DNA of 64,000 bases from Antedon mediterranea (taxonomy: Eukaryota; Animalia; Echinodermata): NCBI RefSeq assembly GCF_964355755.1, contig NC_092673.1, forward strand, positions 14,604,948 to 14,668,947, in the 5' to 3' direction. Below, piece after piece: positions 13,041-24,224 of the stretch; positions within the stretch are counted from its first letter, which is position 1, and each line of letters starts with the position of its first letter. The notes beneath the pieces were generated by a model, which saw only the letters and a list, made by a program, of their open reading frames with translations, searched no databases and was not told where the DNA came from. The position numbers and the translations under genes were made by a program.

Positions 13041-13073
<33 letters not shown>
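11560..13073 (+). mobile_element. Internally deleted L2-clade LINE: 5' region, ORF1, last codons of ORF2, 3' tail
   Basis: CCAAT box upstream of ORF1. ORF1 joins TVDTFKK(L)LKTHL (ORF2 C-terminal motif, ~12698-12740). 3' GCGCCTTGAGCAC...GTGCGCTATAAAAAT is followed by a (TTA)n tail. The 5' boundary is uncertain. Confidence 0.65.
11711..12705 (+). pseudogene. LINE ORF1-like protein with RNase H1 N-terminal hybrid-binding (viroplasmin/Cauli_VI) domain and coiled coil, one frameshift
   Basis: KKKVYAVAVGKQPGIYLSWLECQANTDGYHGALFQSFFSVEKAEKYL matches the YAVxxGRxxGIYxxWxECxxQVxGYxGAxFKxF motif; heptad-rich ORF at 12157-12705. Confidence 0.8.
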
Positions 13074-13076
<3 letters not shown>

Positions 13077-13948
13077 AATGTGGTATATTATTATTATTAA
13101 AATATAAATAAAAAGTATAAAAGTAGGCCCAACGTCAGCCATAGACTTGTTTACCTGTTTATTTCCGAGTTGTTAGAAATATTTTGTTATTTAAAAAAGG
13201 CGGAAATGTGGCATGACAAACTTCAGAAAAGTGGGCTAGGTACAAAATAATAGTATAACTAGGCCCAGATATTTTGATATATAATTTACAGTATTTTATA
13301 GTAATATGAATAAGCTGTGGTTGAAAAATAAATATATCTTTATATCATATTTAATAGCATGATTTCCAACTTTATTATATATTGAATGTAATGGCCCAGT
13401 TGATTATTATATTCTTGTGAAATATGCACCAACATGCATTTAAGATATATTGTCCCCTTAACATTTTTTTAATTGTTTTCACATATGCCATTTTAATGTT
13501 ATATATTATTCACTTATGACGAAAACAACAAATATTAAGTGTATATTCATATTTGAAAATGTAATAAAATGTAAGAACGGAACAAATGTATGAAAAAAAT
13601 GTTTAAGTATTTCTTGTAAAATAAGAGACAGATTCAGAATATGTCATATAATTATAAATAAAAATATTTTTAATAATGTGGAATTATCAGTGACTAGGTC
13701 TCAATGAAATACAAATAAAATAAGCAAAAAGCTTAAAATTAAAATTAATTTATTTTCTAAAAAACTGTTTTTTTTCAGGTAAATAATGTTTTTTTCACTT
13801 CTTTTTTTCGTCTGTACCTTTTATATTTGAATAAACTTTGAAATGTAAGTTTTGTAATATTTTAATTCTCTTACATGAATTACAATTAAAAATTTAAATT
13901 TAAAGATAAGAGTATTCAGTTGTCATTCTTGTAGTATTCATCTTTTGG

Positions 13949-15921
13949 TAGGTATCCCAATGAAAAAATTCAGATTAATTTTTTTACTTTTTCTTTCAGT
14001 TAACCATAAAGAACTTAATGTAATTAGCATTTTGCAATTTAAATGATTAAAATCCGATTACCCGTTCTAAAGTTATGGTTATTTAAAGTAGTAAAAAAAA
14101 ATACAATTTTTTTGCATAAAAATGGTGTTTTTTGCAGTTGAAATTGGAAGCATTTTTAAAAGGTTGTAACTTTTACAATAATCAGTTAAAAGTTTTGAAT
14201 TTTTTTAAACCTATAGATATCACAGAGTTGTACAACTCTATTTTTTTTGGAGCCTCAACGAAACCTATTTTTAGAATTATTGGCCCGCAAATTTGGTCGG
14301 AAAGCATTTTGCACTCCTTTTTGCTGGATTTCCCTAAAAAATGGAAAAACAGCAATTTTTCAATGATCTGTAACTTTTGAAATACTGTACTAATTCACTT
14401 AATTTTTTTTTGTACTTGTTAGAATGTAGTGTATATTTCATAAATAAATATAGTTGAAATTCAGAGATATGTGTAAAACTAATATGAAACAAAAATATTT
14501 TTTTAATGGTGAAATTTAAAATTATCAACAAAAAATGAAAAAGTATGTTAAAAACTCTCTGTGTACTGTTTCCTTTCTTTCACACTAATTTTTGGTAAGT
14601 ATGGTTATTATATTATTTTAATATACTTTATATTCATAATTTCAATCATAAATACTATTATATATAACTTTTGAATACGTAAAACAAGATTTTAGGCCCG
14701 TATGATTATGACACCAAATCTAAGTCGGGCTAAGATATGTTCTTAGGCAAACACACAATAGGTCAAAATAAACTCATTTAAAATAATCAATGGTAATTAA
14801 AAAAAAATAATTGTTTACCTGAATAGTATATATAACATTATAAAAATGGTTTCTTTTCGCATTTCTAACTGCAAGTACGTTATTAAATTGAAATACGGAG
14901 CTAAAGTTTAGGCCAAGTAACGGCTTACTCGTGATCAGCAGTATTTCGGTCACAGTTAATGACTTTCGACCGCCGTATACGGAGTCAAATGTAACGCATT
15001 TGCATTGTATACTTGCATAATAAATCTTCCACACATTACAACAATTTTAAGTTGTTAAATTAATGTCTAAAAACAGATATTCTACGACGGAAAAGGACAT
15101 GTCAATCTCCGACATCGCTGTTGTCACACATCTCACGTCGAGCCGGCCGAACTCTCGAGCGAGGAAAACTAAACAACGTGTTCAAAATATGGAACGTACC
15201 ATTCGCTGATAGGGTGCATTAATGTATTTAACGGAAAACGCCACAACAAACACGCGCACATTTTAGAGTACAATATTTTACTAACTACAATATTCACCGG
15301 ATTATAATGGTTGGATCTTTAAAATTCTGAATGGGATTTACTCCTCATGCACCATTTTAAAATGTAGTTCGCACAATTACCATGCACAATACGTTTGTAA
15401 ACTATGTTTTATCGATTTCAATGTAGATTTAGCTATAATTTAATACCAAAATCCATAATATTTTTCCATAAACGGTGATTCAAAATTGGATTTTTGTCAC
15501 AAAAATTGACTTTTCGTTACGAAAAACCTATTATAGAAGACGATTTTCGTATCAAATTAAAGCTCATTTAAAGCCTGATAACATACAACAAAAATTAATC
15601 CGCTAGGTTCAATGGTAATCGTGCGATCGTGTTTTGAAAACTGATGGGGATTTTCCGATGAGGTTTTCAACGCGCGGAAATCGGCTCGCAGGGATTTTAG
15701 AACCGTTTTAAAATCGCATTTTCTCGGCAACTAATTCATTAATTTTAATTCTAAACACACTTATACATAGATTAAAACAAGTACTTTCAAACAATATAAA
15801 TTTTGTAAGTATTAATTAAGATTGAATACGATTTATTTAACATCAAAGTCATACTACTTTTTCGAATTTCGTCAATATTTCAAAAGTGATACCCCTCTGT
15901 GCGCTTTCATTGGGATACCTA
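13949..15921 (-). mobile_element. Non-autonomous TIR DNA transposon, copy 2 (inverted relative to copy 1), 7-bp TSD
   Basis: Same TIRs as 570-2538; own TSD CTTTTGG (13942-13948 and 15922-15928). Confidence 0.9.
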
Positions 15922-15928
15922 CTTTTGG

Positions 15929-16801
15929 CGCATATTGAAAGAAATGTAACTACTGACAATTTGTTCCATTGCATTCATAAACATTTTGTATAATATTGAA
16001 GTTTGTGGGGGAGGGGCATGTAACAATAGCTAATATATTGACAGTCCAGAAGATACTGCTAGTGAAAAAGGTCAACATTTTTTAGGGAGAGGGGAATTGG
16101 ACTACCATTGCAACAATGTAGATGAATATCCTACAATGTTCCTCCCATAACCTCTGTATTCTTTCAACATTGTTTGTGTCCGATGAATCATTTAATCTAA
16201 TAAATTCACCCAATAGATCTATGATTCCTTCAGTGCATTCATTAAACGCCATTTCTAGTCTGATTTCTCTCACTTTCTTTGACAAAGAGAGAGAATTGAA
16301 GAAGGGACGAGAACGGGAAATTCTAGCCACGCCTCCTCTCTCGATATGCGCGATGTGGAAAAACTCGATACGCGCAATGCGTAAAAACTCGACACGCGCG
16401 ATGTCAACATAACACGAGCGATGTACAAACTCAACACGCGCGATGTCAACATAACACGCGCGACGTGTAAACTCAACACGCGCGATGTCAACATAACATG
16501 CGCGTCGTGTAAACTCAACACGCGATGACGTCAACATAACACGAGCGATGTACAAATTCAACACGAGCGATGCCAACATAACACGAGCGATGTGTAAACT
16601 CAACACGAGCGATGTGAACTCAACACGAGCGATGTACAAACTCAACACGAGCGATGTGTAAACTCAACTCGAGCGATGCCTCCATAACATGAGCGATGTG
16701 TTAACTCAACTCGAGCGATGTGTTAAACTCAACACGAGCGATGTCTACATAACACGAGCGAGGTCAACTTGACATAGTTATGTTCGTACTGGCGTGCCAT
16801 A
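15929..16801 (-). mobile_element. IS3EU-like transposon end with subterminal repeats and the start of a putative transposase
   Basis: Terminus reads TATGGCACGCCAGTACG on the minus strand (TAY...RTA type). An array of ~21-bp repeats follows, then ATG at 16252 (MAFNECTEGIIDLLGEFIRLNDSSDTNNVERIQRLWEEHCRIF). Family assignment is from recalled similarity. Confidence 0.55.
16360..16770. repeat. Subterminal tandem array of ~19-23-bp units
   Basis: AACTCAACACGAGCGATGT and CATAACACGAGCGATGT variants, roughly 18-20 copies. Confidence 0.9.
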
Positions 16802-16989
16802 AATTTTAAAAACACATCGCTACCGGTCGGGTTGTTTTTATACACACATCGCTAGTTGTTGAGAATTATTTTAGTAGACATGCGCAGTAAGGGTTTGTAG
16901 AACGCCACCAACGTTCAGAAAAGTTAAATATACTTGTTGCGCCCAGAGACAAAAACCAGAGTAGGATCATTTTTGGTGTTCGCAGCAAA

Positions 16990-17301
16990 ATGACGGATCG
17001 TAATTTACGTGAAATATTTGACCAATATGCCCGCGAAAGTTTAAGGGAACAAGAAATTGAAAGGTTGTTTAGGTAATATAATGTTTTACCTCAATCTATC
17101 TATATAATGTATTATTAGGGCTATCCTAGAGTATTAACTATGTTGAGGCATTGTCTAATTCATAATTAACTAATTATAACTAAAAAAAGGCCTAACTATA
17201 TAATAAAGGAGGCCTCTAGCCTACTTTTACTAGGCCTAGGCTAGGCCTGGCCTATATAAAGGCCTAATATTTTTTTGTTTATAACTAGGCCTTAGCTTAG
17301 C

Positions 17302-17334
<33 letters not shown>

Positions 17335-18435
17335 GGCTAGAGGCCTATGGGATAGGGTCTCCCTACTACTACTTAGACCTAACTAAATAAATCCCCCTTC
17401 CTCCTGCCGAGGCTATATGCTTATAGGCCCCATTCTGCCTACTAGTACTAGTACTAGCTAGGCTAGTATGTAGGCCTATAGTAGTAATATATATATATAT
17501 TCTGCATCTTGTATATTTATTTAGGCCTAGACCCTAGGCCTAATATTATATTCTATTTGAATTATAAGAAATGGCAATCTGAAAATATCACTGAAATGTT
17601 CATCTGCGACACATTATTTTAGGCCTGCACAGTACCAACTGCAGTAACCACACCTTCAGCGCCTGTAACAACCACGGCACCAGTACTGTTACCACCTTTG
17701 AACCCCGCTCCTCGATATAATGCGGTGGAAAATTATAGGCCTAGACCTCGGCCTAGGCGGAGCCGAGCTCCATATTTTAAGTAAGAATTTATATAACCTT
17801 CCTCTTCCAGTTAGCACTTTACAAAACAGTCTCACTTTAAAAGTGTTTACATTTTACAAATTTGTGTAGTTAATCAGTCTAAAAAACCAAAAAAAAAACC
17901 TTAATTATTTTTTTTACTATGATAGTGGCAAACAAATGTTTAAACAAATAATTTATTACTACTGTAAACCAAAAATTGCCAGAGGTGTTCTCAAACCAGG
18001 GAAAAAGAATGTAAAAAATCAAAATAACAACTATAGACCTCGGTATTAAAAATCAAGAAAGTCCCAACAAAAAAATTAAAGAAGTAGGTCATTTTAGTCT
18101 TCATTTGTCAAAGTATAAATAAAGTAAAAATACACAGAAATAATACAATCCCCTTAATTATTAGTTGGTGAAAGTCAAAACATTATTAATTACTTGTTCC
18201 ACAATATAAATTTTCATGTTTTTTTTTCTCCGAAAGTGTGCATAAGTGGACCTTTTTTCAGAGACGTTGTTCTGTTGTCTGGGCCTAACATATTGTCAGT
18301 TCCAAGACAGGGAGTAAAAGTATGGCTGACCAAACATGGTCATGTGAAATCTGGGGTGAGGTTCCTCAGAGAATGGGACAATGAACAGGTGGTTGCCAAA
18401 CTCAGGAATCTATTCCAGATTCCTGAAGATTGTAG
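16990..18435 (+). pseudogene. 5' part of a spliced transposon accessory gene (IS3EU second-ORF-like)
   Basis: Exons 16990-17072 (MTDRNLREIFDQYARESLREQEIERLF), ~17568-17780 (Pro/Thr-rich) and ~18237-18435 (FFRDVVLLSGPNILSVPRQGVKVWLTKHGHVKSGVRFLREWDNEQVVAKLRNLF); GT-AG boundaries; no downstream exons found. Confidence 0.55.
17185..17545. repeat. TAGGCCTA-rich palindromic low-complexity tract with (TAC)n microsatellite
   Basis: Many AGGCCT/CTAG motifs; (TAC)~10 at 17303-17333. Confidence 0.8.
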
Positions 18436-19399
18436 GTATGTTTGCCTGTTTTTCTTTTTTTTTTCTGCAAGCTGAGCTTGGGAGAGAGACAATTTTTATT
18501 TGATAATCAGAAATATCTATTTGCATAATATTTTTTATTTATTAAAAAAGCCTTCCAGTTTAGTTAGAATACAACTTCTTTCTTCCACATCTACTTTCGT
18601 TATAAGGTCTGATATTTAACTGTCAAATTAGCCATGCATACACTTTTTATTTAAAGCTAAATATATGTTGAACAATAATCAGGTAGGCCTAATAAGGTTA
18701 TGTGTGAATTTGATTGATATGAAAGCCATTTTTTATAATTTTTATAGTAAATTCATAAAATAGTACCTTAAAGACTGTTTAATGATCATGCTGAAAAGTT
18801 TATAATTGATATGACAAGCTTTTGTAGGCAAAAGTACTAGTTCAAATCCCAAAGTAATTGACCTAAATTATTTATCAAGGAATTTTATATATTCAAATTT
18901 GCTCAACTGAGAATTAAATGTATACATGTGACATCCTTTCCCACCTAAAAACAATTAACGAATGACAGCTCTTAAACAAATATTTGACAAGTATTATCCA
19001 TCATTTAGAAGTACCTTGACAACTTTAGATATATGACATAAGTGTTTGCCCTAAATCTTATTTTGTTGCAATTTTATGTATGGTATACATTACCCACAAT
19101 TCTAGAATCAATATAAAAAACATTTAATTAGATTTGTAGCAGCCTTATAGAATACTGTTAACAATTTTTAATTACTCTAGACCAGAGTTGTATCCATTTT
19201 AGAGTTCAACTACCTTGCATTTATCTTTACATAGCAAGGTCATTTAGACAGTTACCAACTTTTCTAAGTAAAATCATGTAAAAGTAATAAGTGTTATATA
19301 ACCACAGTCCACCAGTTGGAATGTCATTCTGCCAATGCCTAGCTCGCGCCCTAACTAAAACTAGTAAAAAGGCAACCAGTGTGGCCAGCGAGCGAAATG

Positions 19400-19800
19400 A
19401 AATTATGCTAGGTGGCAGCACAAAATTATGCCAGATTATGCCAGACACAATTAAGGCTAAAAGTGCACCAAAACAGTGAATAAGAGGGCGGTTTATGTGT
19501 ATGTTTTATGTACCACAAAGGTGGGAAGCAAAAAAAAAAAAAAAAAGCTCTTCGGGTTTTCAGCCAAATTATGCTAGATTGTGTACAAATTATGCCAGAT
19601 TTTTTTGCAATTATGCCCGATAATATGCTAAATCGTGGTGAATATGTTGTATGTTTGCGTTTTTCAAATTATGCCAGATTAGCCTATGCCAGATTTCCTA
19701 AAATTATGCCTAGCATAAATGCCAGATGCCAGATGGGTCAAAATTATGCCAGATGGGTCAAAATTATGCCAGACGGCATAATTATGCCAGATTTGGCCAA
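19400..19800 (+). repeat. Clustered ATTATGCCAGA motifs, probable DNA-transposon subterminal region
   Basis: About a dozen ATTATGC(C/T)AGA copies; paired TIRs not identified. Confidence 0.6.
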
Positions 19801-20641
19801 TATGAAGGCAACTAACCACCTCCTGGTTTTTGAAAGACTTCCCAAACCATGCACAGAATAGATTAGTTGAAGTTGGGCATAACAATTAAAACTCTATTTT
19901 TTTTAGTATTATTTTAATCAGAGGTTTAAACAAAAAATCACGCCTTGATTGAAGTTAAACTCACCTCAACCCTGCTAGAGTAGATGAAGATGTATGAAAA
20001 CGGTGGTCGATTCAAAATGGTCGTCAAATAGTAATAAATACAGAGTACATACCACTCACCACACAGACAGGTTGCGATGTACAACGAACCATCATTTCCA
20101 TTCTTCTTCATCTATCTAATAGGCTTAGCCCACACATTTTGTTCTCTGAATCTGGTCGGTTATTTGCATCTTGTATAAGATAGCTAGACCCATGCTTCTA
20201 AAGAAATAAATCTCACTTTTCCTGGGAGCATGGTGTTGTCTGCATAAGATTTTCACAGTTGACACATCATACCTACCTGCATACTACTCTGACGTGACGA
20301 GCAGGTCCGACAGACCGACGCGAAGAAGAGAGGATGAGAGAGGAGAACCACATGTTACATGGGCTAGGCTGTTTATTATTATAGTCTACTCCATTTCGAA
20401 ATGGGGGTTTCGTTTTTCATACAAATCACCAAACACTATGTATGGAGTGCAAACTTCGCCAAAACTCCGAAAGGCTCACAAACATTGAACACTACTTTTA
20501 TAGGTATCTGTAAACATTTATTTAGTCTTTCAAAGAAAAAAAGTTATATCATATTTGATAAACTTTCATGTTTGCCTAATATAAGGCCTATCAAATATTG
20601 GGCCGCTTTTTCACCACACAGTTAAAATATTTTATGGTGCT

Positions 20642-20830
20642 TGTTACAACCGCTAATGTGGGAAACGTCATGTTACAACCGCTAATGTAGAAAACGCCAG
20701 TTAATGTAGAACAATCCACCGCTTATGTAGTAAAACTGCCAGTAAATGTAGAAACATCAACAGCTTTATGTAGTAAGGAAAATTGTCTCCCAGCTTATGT
20801 AGTTCCTATCGCCAGCTAATGTAGAAAATG
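20642..20830 (+). repeat. Clustered GCTAATGTAGAA motifs, probable MITE subterminal repeats
   Basis: About 8 degenerate copies of (GC)TAATGTAG(AA). Confidence 0.55.
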
Positions 20831-21059
20831 TTATATAATTTACAAAAATGTCTAAATCATGTGCAAATGCATCAATCTTTACTTAGCTATCAGTCTTTCC
20901 ACCTCTCGTAAGCAACCAACTATCTAAAACGACCACACATCGTAAGCAACCATCTCTGTTAAGGGACCGCTTCTCATAATGTGAAACTAGCTTAGATGGT
21001 AATGCCCGGGTTCTCAAATAATATTGGTAAACGTTTTTTACCGGTGGTACTGTTATAGC

Positions 21060-23350
21060 CTTATCACTGACGTCCAACATGGGTTTTTCCCATCCCGCTC
21101 GTGTGTTACGCAGCTAACTAACCTTCTCCATAATTGGGCATCGTCGCTGGACAAACCACGCCCACCTAGAATTGATGTTATATTTTTAGATTACTCTAAA
21201 GGCTTTGATAAATTACCCTACCAAATTGTCCTAAATAAACTCGCTACATACAGTTTAACATTAGAGTAATAGAGGCCAAATATGGAAATGGATCCAATCT
21301 TTTCTATCTAATCGAATTCAGAAGGTTATACTCCAGGGATATCTCAGTAGCTCACGCTCTGTGACATCTGGAATACCCCAAGGTAGTGTGTTGGGACCCA
21401 TGATATTTAACTTATTTATCAATGACCTTGCATCTTCCTTACCATCTTGCGCCCAGTATTCGTCGACGATACGATCATTTATAGGGATATACACAGTGTT
21501 GATGATGAACTTATAGTTCAACGTGATATAAATACGCTCTCCACATGGTGCAACTTAAATGAAATGCAATTAAATTCAAATAAAACCTGTATTCTACACA
21601 TCATCACCAGATCCAAAAAGGCATACCGTCCAAATTACTACCTTAATGATTCCCCAATACAATCGGATACTCATTCTCACCTTGGCGTTACCATTAATCA
21701 TACTTTGACTTGGAACCATGTACAAAATGTTACTGCAACAAGGGCAAATAGGATGATTGGTTATATTGCGAGTATTGCTGGGCCGGGGGAACCTCGTCAG
21801 CAGCTGTATTTGCATTATACCGAATATACGATTCCCGCGTGGCTTCCCCAGACAGTAAAATTGATTGATAAGATCGAATCTGTTCAACGTAGAGCCACAC
21901 GGCTAGCATTGAAACAGAGAAGAGGAGATATGGAGTATGATGTTAGATTAAAGCAACTCAATTGGCCCCGTCTATCGAGCCGAAGAAGCTATCTTTTAAC
22001 ATCATTTGTATGTAAAACACTAATAGGTTCTATTGATTGTAAAAGTATGCGCGAAAATGTGTGCGTCAATACTCGACCTTAAGTTTCAAGCATTTTGTAT
22101 GCACGGACTAACTGTTTGCATCGCTCAGTTATCCATGTCTTCCCGCTACTGAGGGAAGACATCCATGATGAAGTGAAAGATTCCCTGCTATTGGATTATT
22201 TCCCTACATTCCTTGCTAAACTTAAAATAAATTTGTTCTCCGATAATAATTAGGCCTATGTATATACTTGGGATAACCATGTACAAAATGTTACTGCAAG
22301 GGCAAATAGGATGATTGGTTATATTGCGAGTATTGCTGGGGGCACCTCGTCAGCAGCTGTATTTGCATTATAGCGAGCTCTTATTTATTTTATTTTTTAT
22401 TTTATGTCTTTAGGCAATGTGGCCAAGGATTACCAATAGTGAATTAATCACTGTCCTATCAGATAGGTGGTAATCCCCCTGATACAGGGGCAATTGTGTG
22501 AACCAGTTCACCGGGGTAACCCCCTACTCTTTTTCGAATAATGAACTGGGTTCTTTAAAGTACACACAGGTTATAACTGTGTACACTGGACCTACGGTTT
22601 ATAGTCCTTATCCGAGAAGACTTGTTCCACCACCAGAACTAGGAGCGAGTCGGCCTCATCATCATCATTCCCATACTCGAATATGCGATTCCCGCATGGC
22701 TTCCCCAGACAGTAAAATTGATTGATAAGATCGAATCTGTTCAACGTAGAGCCACGCGGCTAGCATTGAAACAGAGAAGAGGAGATATGGAGTATGATGT
22801 TAGATTAAAACAACTCAATTGGCCCCGTCTATCGAGCCGAAGAAGCTATCTTTTAACATCATTTGTATGTAAAACACTAAGTAGTAATAGGTTCTATCGA
22901 AAATGTATGCGTCAATACTCGACGTCAAGAAACCTTAAGTTTCAAGCATTTGTATGCACGGACTAACTGTTTGCATCGCTCAGTTACCCATGTCTTCCCG
23001 CGACTGTGGGAAGACATCCATGATGAAGTGAAAGATTCCCTGCTATTGGCGGATTATTTCCCTACATTCCTTGCTAAACTTAAAATAAATTTGTTCTCCG
23101 ATAATAATTAGGCCTATGTATATAATTTAATATACTTTTTTATATAGCTTTGGAATTTTGATATATTATATTTTAAGATGGTATATTCATTGGTTGTGAA
23201 ACTGGGTGAGTGGGAACACAGGCTTTAAGTCATAGTGATTAGGTTCCCTTTTGTGTCCCATGCCAGCTCACTCAGTTTGTTCTATTGTTGTTTTTTTTGT
23301 ATGTCGTGTTCTTCATGTATTTTATATTTGGCAATAAAAGAATAAGAATA
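21060..23350 (+). mobile_element. CR1-group LINE reverse transcriptase relic with a tandemly duplicated 3' portion
   Basis: [64 protein letters not shown]. 21710-22265 is repeated at 22270-23125; a 3' stem-loop and A-rich tail lie at 23200-23350. Confidence 0.88.
22385..22650 (-). mobile_element. DeuSINE/Nin-domain SINE fragment inserted in the duplicated LINE
   Basis: Minus strand reads GGATAAGGACTATAAACCGTAGGTCC...TTAAAGAACCCAG...TTCGAAAAAGAGTAGGGGGTTACCCCGGTG (Deu/Nin-like) with an A-rich tail; it interrupts the LINE peptide RAL|IIPILEYA. Confidence 0.7.
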
Positions 23351-23424
23351 TAGTTTCTTTCTCAGACTTTAAACTTCTCTATAATCTATTAAAATATCTA
23401 CTTGTGTCGTGAAATTGTATAGAT

Positions 23425-23479
23425 GGGGAACTAGCTCAGGTGGTAGAGCGCTCGCTTTGCAAATGTGAGAGGTTCTCCA
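23425..23479 (+). pseudogene. tRNA-Ala(TGC) pseudogene, T-arm deleted
   Basis: GGGGAACTAGCTCAGGTGGTAGAGCGCTCGCTTTGCA...GAGAGGTTCTCCA. Confidence 0.8.
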
Positions 23480-23597
23480 ATTGTTGGTGGAAATTTATTA
23501 CCTGTACTATTTTATTTATTTTTTCCTTGGCCTGAAAACTATTTATTATTTTATCAGAACAACACTATTGAGAATAAAAGAAAAATTCGAAACAAAT

Positions 23598-23660
23598 GAG
23601 GAACTAGCTCAGATGGTAGAGCTTCATGAGAGGTACCGGGATCAATGCCCGGGTTCTCCA
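23598..23660 (+). pseudogene. tRNA-Ala pseudogene, anticodon arm deleted
   Basis: GAGGAACTAGCTCAGATGGTAGAGC...GAGAGGTACCGGGATCAATGCCCGGGTTCTCCA. Confidence 0.8.
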
Positions 23661-23804
23661 ATAATTTCGGTCAAATGTTATTACCGGTAATGTTACATTT
23701 TTTTCCTGAGACTTTAAACTGCTGTATTTGTTTTTATCGCAACAATACTGGTGACAATATGAAAAGTAATAAAATAGCTACTGGTTTCGTGTAATTGTAA
23801 AGAT

Positions 23805-23877
23805 GGGGAACTAGCTCAGATGGTAGAGCGCTCGCTTTGCATGTGAGAGGTACCGGGATCAATGCGTGGGTTCTCCA
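23805..23877 (+). tRNA. tRNA-Ala(TGC), full length, T-stem mismatches (possibly pseudo)
   Basis: 73 nt; acceptor GGGGAAC/GTTCTCC with a G3:U70 pair; anticodon loop TTTGCAT; T arm CCGGG-ATCAATG-CGTGG is imperfect. Confidence 0.75.
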
Positions 23878-24013
23878 ATTATTTTTGTCAAAGTTAATTA
23901 CCGGTACTGTTACGTTTTTTGCTGAGATTTTAAACTACTGTATATATTTTATCGCAACAAGGTGACAATATGAACAGTAATAAAATATCTACTGGTTTCG
24001 TGTAATTGTATAC

Positions 24014-24086
24014 GGGGAACTAGCTCAGATGGTAGACCGCTCGCTTTGCATGTGAGAGGTACCGGGTACAATTCTCGGGTCCTCCA
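24014..24086 (+). tRNA. tRNA-Ala(TGC)-like copy, degenerate T loop (likely pseudo)
   Basis: 73 nt, same family as 23805; substitutions in the D stem, T loop and acceptor stem. Confidence 0.65.
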
Positions 24087-24224
24087 ACAAGTTTTTGTCA
24101 AAGTTTATTACCGGTACTGTTACATTTTTTTGCTGATATTTTAAACTACTGTATATATTATCGCAACAATATTTTGTTCACTGAGGATAATAAATAATAT
24201 ATTTAATTTTAATATAACCTACGA

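Larger units (their letters stand above)
23345..24171 (+). repeat. Tandem array of ~175-210-bp tRNA-Ala-containing units (4 copies)
   Basis: Spacers share TTATTACCGGTACTGTTAC-TTTTT, TTTAAACTACTGTAT and ATCGCAACAA motifs. Confidence 0.88.

Noticed and set aside
570-15921. One 15-kb giant transposon (Polinton/Teratorn-like) with 2-kb TIRs
   Set aside because: Each arm has its own TIR pair and its own distinct 7-bp TSD, so they are independent insertions; no polymerase or capsid genes lie between them
16360-16770. CRISPR-like repeat array
   Set aside because: Repeats abut with no unique spacers, the context is eukaryotic and there are no cas genes; fits transposon subterminal repeats
19227-19885. 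Several ORFs with IMPD/NYAR repeats
   Set aside because: Translations of the ATTATGCCAGA repeat cluster
23345-24171. CRISPR-like repeat-spacer array
   Set aside because: The repeats are tRNA-Ala copies and the spacers are homologous to each other
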